From: Lishizhenia tianjinensis
GTDB taxonomy: Bacteria; Bacteroidota; Bacteroidia; Flavobacteriales_D; Crocinitomicaceae
Reading direction: 5' to 3'
NCBI GenBank assembly: GCA_945860455.1
Contig: CAMAQX010000001.1
Coordinates: forward strand, 1-42,082
DNA length: 42,082 bases
In this document: in pieces, positions 19,040 to 27,079 of the stretch
How the letters are laid out: every line of letters begins with the position of its first letter
How positions within the stretch are numbered: the first letter of the stretch is position 1
Made by a program: the position numbers and the translations under genes
The notes under the pieces: model-generated
Told to the model about the DNA's origin: nothing
The model's input: only the letters and a program-made list of their open reading frames with translations
The model's database searches: none

Positions 19040-20305
19040 ATGATTTGTATGAACTATTTTTTGATTTTTATGTTCTTTCTTTCTTCCTTTTTATCTTTTG
19101 GAAAGGTAAGATTTGTACGCGTGGTATTTAATTCAATTGCGAGTGAAGAAGCGACTGTAATTTGGCATCAAGAGAGCGGTGAATTTAAGCGATTTATTTT
19201 CTCAGAAGGTGAATCAAAAACAGAATCAGCTGATAAAATGAAACTTATCAATAAAATATCTAGCACAAACAATGCGAGAGGTTTTAATACGCACATCCTC
19301 CGATTAACCAATTTAAGTCCTAATACAAAATATTCATTTAAAATAGTTGATACTGATGGAGAAGGTAGTCTTTATTATTTTTCTACCTGTAGCAACTCTC
19401 CGAATGACCGAATTTCGTTTATCGCTGGAGGGGATTCTCGTGACCGTTCAGTTATTCGCCGTAAAGCCAATTTACTCGTTTCTAAATTAAAAGCGCACGC
19501 CGTTTTGTTCAATGGTGATTTCACTGGATTAGATTTACCTAACCAATGGGTAGAATGGTTAACAGATTGGGAATACAGTGTATCGGCCGACGGCAGAATT
19601 ACTCCATTAGTAGTAACTAGAGGAAATCATGAGCTCAGCAACTCAATTTTAGTGAAATTGTTTGACGTTCCATCAAGAGGTGTTTTTTACTCCACTGAAT
19701 TTGGAGGGAATTTATTAAATCTGGTTTCCTTGAATTCTGAAATATTAAAAATTGGTGTCCAAAAAATATTTTTAGCTTCAACCCTGAAAAAACATGAAGA
19801 TTTTGTTTGGCAAATCGCTCAATACCACAGACCTATTCGGCCACATGTGAAACATAAAAAGGAGATGGAAACGCAATACCATAACTTTGTGCCTTTGTTT
19901 GAAAAATACAGCAATTTGCGTCTCTGTTTAGAAAACGATTCACATACATGCAAAATCACATGGCCCATCGTTTCCTCTGAAATAGAAGGTTCATCAGAAG
20001 GATTTATTAGAGATGATGAAAAAGGGATTGTTTATGCCGGTGAAGGTTGCTGGGGAGCTCCTTTGCGTGCAGCAGATGATTTTAAACCGTGGACAAGAGA
20101 TGCTGCTGCTGTTAATCAATTCAATTGGATATTCATTGCGAAAGATAAAATTGAATTACGTACAGTACTATATGAAAATGCGGAAAATGTTGCTGAGTTA
20201 ACTGAAGAAACACGATTTTCAATGCCACTAAACATCAATCTTTGGAATCCGTCAAATGGGAACCTTGTAGAAATTTTTCAACAAAAGAATAGAAATATAA
20301 AATAA
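19040..20305 (+). CDS. Secreted metallophosphoesterase (purple-acid-phosphatase-like, N-terminal FN3-like domain)
   Basis: 421 aa with a signal peptide (the alternative ATG at 19049 gives MNYFLIFMFFLSSFLSFG). Calcineurin-type motifs are 'GGDSRD', 'FNGDF' and 'TRGNHE'. The N-terminal beta-sandwich contains 'LTNLSPNTKYSFKI'. A TATTTTTG box lies at 19021-19028. Confidence 0.7.
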   Translation: MICMNYFLIFMFFLSSFLSFGKVRFVRVVFNSIASEEATVIWHQESGEFKRFIFSEGESKTESADKMKLINKISSTNNARGFNTHILRLTNLSPNTKYSFKIVDTDGEGSLYYFSTCSNSPNDRISFIAGGDSRDRSVIRRKANLLVSKLKAHAVLFNGDFTGLDLPNQWVEWLTDWEYSVSADGRITPLVVTRGNHELSNSILVKLFDVPSRGVFYSTEFGGNLLNLVSLNSEILKIGVQKIFLASTLKKHEDFVWQIAQYHRPIRPHVKHKKEMETQYHNFVPLFEKYSNLRLCLENDSHTCKITWPIVSSEIEGSSEGFIRDDEKGIVYAGEGCWGAPLRAADDFKPWTRDAAAVNQFNWIFIAKDKIELRTVLYENAENVAELTEETRFSMPLNINLWNPSNGNLVEIFQQKNRNIK

Positions 20306-20344
20306 GTAAGTGCGCTTAATTGTTTAATTCTTACATTTGTTTCT

Positions 20345-21460
20345 ATGAGTGATTTTGTTGTTTCTGCACGCAAATACAGGCCTCAAACCTTTGATACGGT
20401 TGTAGGGCAGCGAACGATTACAGAAACGTTGAAGAATGCAATTAAAAGCGGTCACTTAGCCCAAGCATTTTTATTTTGTGGTTCTAGAGGTGTCGGCAAA
20501 ACCACCACAGCACGTATCCTTGCTAAAACATTGAATTGCTTCAATAGAACAGAACAAATAGAAGCATGTGATGCATGTGATTCTTGTTTGTCTTTTAATA
20601 CGGGAGCATCATTGAATATTTATGAATTGGATGCAGCTTCAAATAATTCAGTAGATGATATTCGAAGTTTAATTGATCAAGTACGAATTGCACCTCAATT
20701 AGGCGATCATAAAGTCTATATCATTGATGAGGTTCACATGTTATCTCCTTCTGCCTTCAATGCGTTTCTGAAGACATTGGAAGAACCACCAAAACATGCT
20801 ATTTTCATTCTTGCAACAACTGAAAAGCATAAAATAATTCCAACTATTTTATCTCGCTGTCAAATATTTGATTTTCAACGGATAAAGGTCAAAGATATCG
20901 CTCAACATCTGGGGGTTATTGCAACAAAGGAATTAGTTACCGCTGATCCGGAAGCATTATTTTTAATTGCACAGAAAGCAGACGGTGCTTTACGTGACGC
21001 TCTTTCGATTTTTGATCAAATTGTTACCTTTTCAAGTAATAACATCACTTATCAAGATGTTGTAACGAATCTAAACATACTTGATTACGAGTATTACTTT
21101 AAATTCATATCATTCTATCTTCAGGAGGATATTCCTTCAGCACTTTTGCTATTTAATGAAATTGTAGAGAAAGGATTTGACAATCATAATTTCTTAGTAG
21201 GAATGTCAGAACATTTCAGAAATTTATTGTTGTGTAAAGATGAGCGCTCAGTTCCATTACTTGAGGTTGGTGATATTGTCGAGCAACGATTTGTTGCACA
21301 ATCAAAAGAACTAAAGCAAGCATTTATACTTCGAGCACTATCAGTATTGAATAAGGCGGATGTTGAATTTAAATCGGCCAAAAACCAGCGACTTTTAGTG
21401 GAAGTTTGCCTAATGCAGTTATGTTCTTTGCAAAGCGAGGGTGAAAAAAAAAATCCTTAA
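20345..21460 (+). CDS. dnaX: DNA polymerase III clamp-loader subunit DnaX, zero-frame product (gamma-length, domains I-III)
   Basis: 371 aa. Walker A 'GSRGVGKTT', Zn module 'CFNRTEQIEACDACDSC', Walker B 'YIIDEVHM', sensor 'LSRCQIF'. It ends 'GEKKNP*' inside or just after an A10 run. Confidence 0.9.
   Translation: MSDFVVSARKYRPQTFDTVVGQRTITETLKNAIKSGHLAQAFLFCGSRGVGKTTTARILAKTLNCFNRTEQIEACDACDSCLSFNTGASLNIYELDAASNNSVDDIRSLIDQVRIAPQLGDHKVYIIDEVHMLSPSAFNAFLKTLEEPPKHAIFILATTEKHKIIPTILSRCQIFDFQRIKVKDIAQHLGVIATKELVTADPEALFLIAQKADGALRDALSIFDQIVTFSSNNITYQDVVTNLNILDYEYYFKFISFYLQEDIPSALLLFNEIVEKGFDNHNFLVGMSEHFRNLLLCKDERSVPLLEVGDIVEQRFVAQSKELKQAFILRALSVLNKADVEFKSAKNQRLLVEVCLMQLCSLQSEGEKKNP
21444..21453 (+). 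other. A10 homopolymer; candidate -1 frameshift / transcriptional-slippage site (or sequencing-error hotspot) joining the two dnaX ORFs
   Basis: Zero-frame codons are GAA AAA AAA AAT, which contain A_AAA_AAA in X_XXY_YYZ phase. The -1 frame has TGA at 21442-21444 and is open from 21445 onward. Confidence 0.6.
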
Positions 21461-22068
21461 CGGAAACGGTTGACATTTTGCCTTTTGTCGGTCAATCTCT
21501 AAGAACCGAGAAATCAGTTGCTCCTAAAGTTATTCCCGAAATCAAACCCCAGCCAATTTCGACTGCACAAGCTCAAAAAACTCCTGTTAATTTTGAAAAA
21601 CCAACGGGCAATTACGCGAGCCCACATCCCTCCATCAAAGAATTACTGAATCCAATAAAAGTAGAGCAAATAAATAGTAATTTAGAGAATGCTCCGCGCG
21701 AAATCTTCAGTGAGGACCAATTGAAAATGGTCTGGAAACAATATAGTTTTATTGTTAAAGAACAAGGATTGGAAACATTTTATAATGCTTTAATAAAACG
21801 TAATCCAATAAAACAAAGCGACGAAGTCTATGTCATAAGTTTAGACAATGAAATTCAAAGAGATTACATACTTTCCCATATTGACCCTTTCCTCTTGCAT
21901 TTGCGACAACACCTTAAAAATTACTCAATCAAAATAGAACTTCAAGTACTTGAACAATCCGAGGAAGAAAAATTCTTAACGAGTAAACAAAAATTTGAAT
22001 TAATGGCGCGTAAAAACCCCAATTTACATGTCTTCAAAAGCATGTTCAATTTGGATATTGAATACTAA
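21445..22068 (+). CDS. dnaX: DnaX tau-specific C-terminal region, in the -1 frame relative to 20345-21460
   Basis: The frame is open from 21445, and the track lists it from a TTG at 21478. It encodes a Pro/Lys/Gln-rich linker (KSVAPKVIPEIKPQPISTAQAQKTP) followed by a structured C-terminal domain ending 'ARKNPNLHVFKSMFNLDIEY'. This is what follows domain III in single-ORF Bacteroidota DnaX. There is no independent ATG or promoter. Confidence 0.7.
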   Translation, partial: KKKSLTETVDILPFVGQSLRTEKSVAPKVIPEIKPQPISTAQAQKTPVNFEKPTGNYASPHPSIKELLNPIKVEQINSNLENAPREIFSEDQLKMVWKQYSFIVKEQGLETFYNALIKRNPIKQSDEVYVISLDNEIQRDYILSHIDPFLLHLRQHLKNYSIKIELQVLEQSEEEKFLTSKQKFELMARKNPNLHVFKSMFNLDIEY

Positions 22069-22070
22069 AT

Positions 22071-22859
22071 TTAGGAAAGAATTTCCTTAAAGAGTATTGC
22101 TAATCCCATTACTAATAAAAACCAACCGAAACCTTTTTTTAATTTGCCGCCCTCAATTCTTTTTGAAAGTAGCGTTCCGATAACAATCCCTAAAATTGAA
22201 AGCACACTTATTTTCAGCAAAAGAAGCTGATCAAAACTTGCAAAATCGTCTACAGCAATCAAACCGATAATCGCATTAAGGACAATGATTATCAAAGAGG
22301 AGCCAACGGCCTTTTTCATTGGAATCTCGCAAACTAAAACCAAAACAGGAATTATCAAAAACCCACCCCCAACACCGACTAATCCCGTCAAAAAACCAAT
22401 TAGTATTCCATGTGAAATTAATTTGGCAACTGAAACTTTTTTCTGCTGTTTAATTTCTGTTTTTCGAATTATTGCAAATGCCGCAACAATCAGTAATAAT
22501 GAAAAAAAGACCAATAAAAGTTGATCACTATTAACTCCAAGATTTTCACATATAAAAACCTTTTCAGGTATGAGGGGAACTAGGAAATACTTTGTAATGT
22601 AAACGACTATTACAGATGGCATTCCCATTTGAGCGATTGCGGGAATATGATATTCGTTATTTTTAATATAAGGAATTGCTCCCAAAAGACTTGAGACACC
22701 AACGATCAACAAGGAATAGGTAGAGGCTAAAAATGGATTCACATGAAAAAAATATACTAATAAAGGCACGGTTAGAATACTTCCTCCCCCCCCCATGAGC
22801 CCCAGTGAAATACCAATTAAGACAGCTAAAAAAAGTCCAATAATTTCCAGATTAACCAT
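22071..22859 (-). CDS. TauE/SafE-family (sulfite/anion exporter-like) membrane permease
   Basis: 262 aa with about 8 TM helices. Duplicated Gly-rich motifs 'GLMGGGGSILTVPLL' and 'GLVGVGGGFLIIPVL' are typical of TauE/SafE (DUF81). Confidence 0.85.
   Translation of the reverse strand: MVNLEIIGLFLAVLIGISLGLMGGGGSILTVPLLVYFFHVNPFLASTYSLLIVGVSSLLGAIPYIKNNEYHIPAIAQMGMPSVIVVYITKYFLVPLIPEKVFICENLGVNSDQLLLVFFSLLLIVAAFAIIRKTEIKQQKKVSVAKLISHGILIGFLTGLVGVGGGFLIIPVLVLVCEIPMKKAVGSSLIIIVLNAIIGLIAVDDFASFDQLLLLKISVLSILGIVIGTLLSKRIEGGKLKKGFGWFLLVMGLAILFKEILS
22786..22794 (-). repeat. C9 (G9 on coding strand) homopolymer at codons 22-25 of the TauE/SafE gene
   Basis: Read directly: the coding strand is ATG GGG GGG GGA GGA. 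It is the longest G/C run I noticed in this AT-rich window. Confidence 0.9.
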
Positions 22860-22904
22860 TTGTGCGTAAAGCTCTAAAAATAAATTGAATTTACGTTACA
22901 ATTG

Positions 22905-24329
22905 TTACTTGCGTCTTCGTTCTCCTGAAATTATTTTTTTAATCTGAAAAAAATAAGGCTCTATTGTATCGTAGTCACTATTTGGTATAGGCTTTAATGC
23001 AGGATTAGCAACAATATAACCTGCGGCATCAATTAAAATGTAGGAAGAAAACGAATTAATTTTACATTTTTGAATGAACTCATCTTTTTCTGATAATTCT
23101 ACTACTGACCAGGGAAAATTGATATTCGAAATTTTCGCACCGTCTGATCGAACAATAATAGTTACAAATTGAATATAATCCTTGTATTTTTCATGGAGAT
23201 TTAAAAGTGGCTGAATTTCCCTACTGGATTCGGCTAAAGATGGATCATAAAAATGAAAATACACGTGCTTACCTTCTAACTTTTGATTCGTTAAGGTATC
23301 CTTATTATTGTCACATTTTAAAGAAAAATCAATAAATCGAGTTCCAGGTGTCAAATCTGTTATTCTATCAATAACATTCCCGGCTATCTGACGGTGTTTT
23401 TGAAATTTCGAATATTGTCTTATGCTATCCAGCATTAAAATTAGATTGGTTTTTGGATACCTTTTTTCATAGAATTGATCGTAAAAAAGCTTGATTAAAC
23501 TCAATTCCCTAATTTGAATATTTTTTAATTCTGGCTCCTCTCCCAAGGCAACCATCGCAAGTGAAGGACTTCGATAAGCAACAGCATCATATAGTTTATC
23601 TTTAACCCCATTCGATAAAAAACTTGTCAAATTACCGTAATACATATTGAAATAATTCATGTACGCCTCATTGTTGTAATAAATTGGGTATTTCACCAAA
23701 TTTTGGACATATTTTTGTTCCCTCGTTTGTGCAGATACAGTTTCTAAATCATCCATTTCCGCAAAGGTAAACTTAACATGATATCGAAAAAACAAGGATG
23801 TATCCTTACTATAAAGGTCAATTGCTCGTTTTTTCATTTTTTTATATCGCGTATCATATTCAGTCTGTTTGACTTTTTTCAAATGATAAAATTGTGATAG
23901 TTCATTATCTACCCATTGTTGCAAACCCAGGATCTTATAATTTACATCTGTAGAGTCCAGGCGATAAAAAGTTAAATTCACTTGATTTCCTTTGGAGTTT
24001 TTAGTGTCTTTTTCATTCAATTCAGGAAAGGTGACGAGGTAATTCCCACCGGGCTGTACATAGATCCATGAATAATTTTTCTTGGCGCGCAGAACTAATT
24101 TTTGAGTATATAAACGTGGAATTTTAAACTCAAAAAAACCAACAGAATCCACAGTAGATTTCAAAATACACTTTTCTTTTCCTGAAATATAATCTTCAAT
24201 AGTATATAATGCAATTTCTTCATTTTTATAAAAGCTTCCGACGCCTCTAATTTGAATAGAATCACCTTTCACCTGAGAGTAAACAGGGGAAATAGAAAGT
24301 AAAAGTAAAAGTAAATTAAGAAACTTCAT
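22905..24329 (-). CDS. Secreted protein with C-terminal thioredoxin-like (TlpA/redoxin-like) domain lacking the CXXC active site
   Basis: 474 aa with signal peptide MKFLNLLLLLLSISPVYSQ. The C-terminal 'GKHVYFHFYDPSLAESSREIQPLLNLHEKYKDYIQFVTIIV' aligns to the TlpA pattern 'GKxVLLDFWASWCGPCRxExPxLxxLYEKYKDKGxEIVGV', with WCGPC replaced by PSLAE. The N-terminal ~330 aa are not recognisable. Confidence 0.5.
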   Translation of the reverse strand: MKFLNLLLLLLSISPVYSQVKGDSIQIRGVGSFYKNEEIALYTIEDYISGKEKCILKSTVDSVGFFEFKIPRLYTQKLVLRAKKNYSWIYVQPGGNYLVTFPELNEKDTKNSKGNQVNLTFYRLDSTDVNYKILGLQQWVDNELSQFYHLKKVKQTEYDTRYKKMKKRAIDLYSKDTSLFFRYHVKFTFAEMDDLETVSAQTREQKYVQNLVKYPIYYNNEAYMNYFNMYYGNLTSFLSNGVKDKLYDAVAYRSPSLAMVALGEEPELKNIQIRELSLIKLFYDQFYEKRYPKTNLILMLDSIRQYSKFQKHRQIAGNVIDRITDLTPGTRFIDFSLKCDNNKDTLTNQKLEGKHVYFHFYDPSLAESSREIQPLLNLHEKYKDYIQFVTIIVRSDGAKISNINFPWSVVELSEKDEFIQKCKINSFSSYILIDAAGYIVANPALKPIPNSDYDTIEPYFFQIKKIISGERRRK

Positions 24330-24353
24330 TTAGCACATTCAACTATATATCAT

Positions 24354-24803
24354 TTAAACTAAAATCATAGGATTTGTTACAAAGGCTGAAATATCTCCCC
24401 CGTTGAGAAAAATCTCTCGCACAATAGATGAATTAACTGAAGCATATTCTAATTCCGTTAAAAAGAAAATAGTTTCAACGGGATATAATACATGATTCAT
24501 CTGTGCAATTGACTTTTCATATTCAAAATCTTTCACATCACGCAATCCACGTATAATGTGATCACTTCCAATTCTCTTGCATAGATCAACGGTCAATCCT
24601 TCAAATGTTATTACTTGAAACTTACTGCTAAAAAGTGATTCAATGTGTTGTATTCGCTTATCCAATGCAAATAGAGGTTGTTTTTTGGTATTGATTCCTA
24701 TTGCAATAATAACCTCATCAAAAACTTCTAGGGCTTTAACCACAACTGATTCATGTCCTTTTGTAAATGGATCAAAAGATCCCGGAAAAACTGCAACTTT
24801 CAT
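24354..24803 (-). CDS. coaD: Phosphopantetheine adenylyltransferase
   Basis: 149 aa. Contains 'AVFPGSFDPFTKGHESVV' (T/HxGH nucleotidyltransferase motif) and 'IIRGLR'. Confidence 0.93.
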   Translation of the reverse strand: MKVAVFPGSFDPFTKGHESVVVKALEVFDEVIIAIGINTKKQPLFALDKRIQHIESLFSSKFQVITFEGLTVDLCKRIGSDHIIRGLRDVKDFEYEKSIAQMNHVLYPVETIFFLTELEYASVNSSIVREIFLNGGDISAFVTNPMILV

Positions 24804-25342
24804 ATTTCACGTTTAAAAAAACTAAAACTTACATTACCATAATTACGGAAAAACTGAAAACACGGTTGCATTGAAAAATCCTTTTGCTTACTATGTTCCA
24901 AAATAAAAAAACCATCTTTCACAACCACCTTATTTTCAAGAGCAAGTTGAATAAGTGTTTCATAATTTTTGTAATCATATGGAGGATCAGCAAAAACTAG
25001 ATCAAACTCGGTTTTATTTCTTTGTAGAAACGTTAAAATATCTAGTTTCATTGTTCGAAGGTGTTTTTCTGCACCCATCGTTGCTGCATTTTTCTGGACA
25101 AATTTCAAACAATTCGTATGTGTATCGACGCAAGTAATAAAGGATGCCCCACGCGAAATGAATTCCAACGCAATATTTCCCGTCCCTGAACATAAATCAA
25201 GAACATTTAAATTTTCCAATTCAATTTGATTTTCTAAAACATTAAACAATCCTTCTTTGGCATAATCTGTCGTTGGGCGTGAAGGAAAATTGGAAGGAAC
25301 AGAAACTCTTCTTCCCTTAAACTCACCACCGACTATACGCAT
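24800..25342 (-). CDS. rsmD: 16S rRNA (guanine966-N2)-methyltransferase RsmD
   Basis: 180 aa. 'RIVGGEFKGRRV', SAM motif 'VLDLCSGTGNIALE' and catalytic 'DLVFADPPY'. Its stop overlaps the coaD start (ATGA). Confidence 0.88.
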   Translation of the reverse strand: MRIVGGEFKGRRVSVPSNFPSRPTTDYAKEGLFNVLENQIELENLNVLDLCSGTGNIALEFISRGASFITCVDTHTNCLKFVQKNAATMGAEKHLRTMKLDILTFLQRNKTEFDLVFADPPYDYKNYETLIQLALENKVVVKDGFFILEHSKQKDFSMQPCFQFFRNYGNVSFSFFKREI

Positions 25343-26103
25343 AAATTGAATGAATTAATATCTAATTCTGAATTTTCCACCCATTTAACACTATTTGCCA
25401 TATGCAATTGTTCAATCGTTGTAATTATCTGGTCAGAAATCATATTGGCGTTTCTGTTAAATTCAAAAACTTCCACTATTCCTTTTTTGTCTAACAAATT
25501 CATTTTTTGCATAGAAAAAGAAATGTGATAAATTATATCTTCCATCTCGTTAAATGAATTCTGTAAAAACAATATTGGTTTATCCATTGAAAAAACAATG
25601 AAATCAAAATGTGATTCAGCAATGGCTAAAATCCCATGAAATTTAACACTTGTATTTTTTACTGTTAAATAATTTAGCCAGGCCGTTGAACTATGAATAA
25701 TTTTGGATCCTGGAAATTTAGCAACAAATAGTGACTTTATCCACAAAGGAATTGTGAACATAGATACTGTTCCGAGTAGATGGTTTCGGTTATAATCAAA
25801 ATCATTCTTAACATAATTCTTACCGAAATTCAACTCAAATAATTTATCGAAATCGGTATTAGAGAACAAATTAGATGGGACTAATACTACATCCCTACTT
25901 GACCAAAGAACCAACGCATTAGAATAGTTTAGCAAGGATATTCCCTCTTTTACGAGAAAATCAACAATGATCTCTTTTTTTAATAATTCAGCCTTGAATG
26001 ATAAGTCTAACGACCATGACGACAGGATGCTATTGGATGATAAATAATGTACAGAAAACCGAGAATCGGATACTTCAAAGAGAAGATTATTCATATTATT
26101 CAT
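25333..26103 (-). CDS. Hypothetical soluble protein, probably the Bacteroidota-specific family usually found upstream of rsmD (DUF3822-like; assignment from synteny memory only)
   Basis: 256 aa from ATG 26103; the track start at 26118 is a TTG. No recognisable catalytic motif. It overlaps the upstream gene by 8 nt and rsmD by 10 nt. Confidence 0.5.
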   Translation of the reverse strand: MNNMNNLLFEVSDSRFSVHYLSSNSILSSWSLDLSFKAELLKKEIIVDFLVKEGISLLNYSNALVLWSSRDVVLVPSNLFSNTDFDKLFELNFGKNYVKNDFDYNRNHLLGTVSMFTIPLWIKSLFVAKFPGSKIIHSSTAWLNYLTVKNTSVKFHGILAIAESHFDFIVFSMDKPILFLQNSFNEMEDIIYHISFSMQKMNLLDKKGIVEVFEFNRNANMISDQIITTIEQLHMANSVKWVENSELDINSFNLCV

Positions 26104-26992
26104 CCTCCCAAGAACCAACTGGAGTTGATTCAGGAATATCTAATTTTCCAACAAAAATGAATTCGTTTTTCTTACCTTGAACGTCTGCATAAGGTAGTTT
26201 TCCGGAGATTCGCATTGCTGGAACTTCTTCCCTGCCTTTCAATGCCACACCAACTTCAAACTTCCATTTTTCTTTTCCACCAGAAAATGGGATATAAAAC
26301 AATGAATCAGCACTAAATTTAGCGAAACCAGATTTGATTCTACTTTCATTATAAGATTTGTTCCATCTGAATTTCGATCCCAATAGGGATGTTTTTAGGG
26401 TATCATACTTAAAAGATTTTAAATCTGCAGGACAAATTGGAGATTTAGATAATCTATAAGCCTCCACCAAATTCATGTTATAGTCAATTGGACGATTGTC
26501 AGTATACAAGAAATCTCTTTCTGCTGTGGTTAGCTTTCTCGCAGGAATAATTCCAGCTGTCGCAACTGAATCTACTGTAGCTGTTTTCAAAAAGCTCATC
26601 AATTCCTCTGGTGAACTGGCATATTTTTTATTTGCCTTTACATATTCCATTTGAATTGTGCGTAAATCACTTAAGTTAGCAATTGCCAAACTTTTACATT
26701 TTTTATAATTACTATTATAAACTTCAGTGTCTCTAACACTTTTGTATGAAAGAAACAATAACACAAGGCTTATCAAACCAGAAACTGCACCTGTGATAAC
26801 AAACAAATTTTTAGATAACCCACCCCAAGAATATAAAAAGCTTAAAACAGCAGCTACTAGTAACAATAAAGATGATAAATTAAAAACTGAATTTTGGTCT
26901 GTTGAAATTCCAAAATAGAACATACCCAATCCAGTTATTAAGAATAAAACAGGAATTGAAAATTTTTTTAATAAAAGCCCTAAATTTGACAT
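26096..26992 (-). CDS. Hypothetical membrane protein (3 N-terminal TM helices plus an extracytoplasmic domain of about 210 aa)
   Basis: 298 aa. The TM helices fall in residues ~10-85. The following segment 'SLAIANLSDLRTIQMEYVKANKKYASSPEEL' resembles the amphipathic helix after the hydrophobic N-terminus of type IV pilin/pseudopilin-like proteins (weak similarity, judged by eye). Confidence 0.55.
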   Translation of the reverse strand: MSNLGLLLKKFSIPVLFLITGLGMFYFGISTDQNSVFNLSSLLLLVAAVLSFLYSWGGLSKNLFVITGAVSGLISLVLLFLSYKSVRDTEVYNSNYKKCKSLAIANLSDLRTIQMEYVKANKKYASSPEELMSFLKTATVDSVATAGIIPARKLTTAERDFLYTDNRPIDYNMNLVEAYRLSKSPICPADLKSFKYDTLKTSLLGSKFRWNKSYNESRIKSGFAKFSADSLFYIPFSGGKEKWKFEVGVALKGREEVPAMRISGKLPYADVQGKKNEFIFVGKLDIPESTPVGSWEDE

Positions 26993-27079
26993 AAACTCAC
27001 ATATTAGTAATAATTACAAATCTACAATTTTCATAAATACAAATCTAACCATCCTTCTTAAAATATCGACAATTTATCC

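Noticed and set aside
21478-22068. Treating the 196-aa TTG-initiated ORF as an independent gene
   Set aside because: The frame is open back to the A10 tract, and the region between the tract and the TTG encodes a sensible linker sequence. There is no promoter box or ATG, and the product looks like the C-terminal part of tau. It is better explained as the second half of dnaX.
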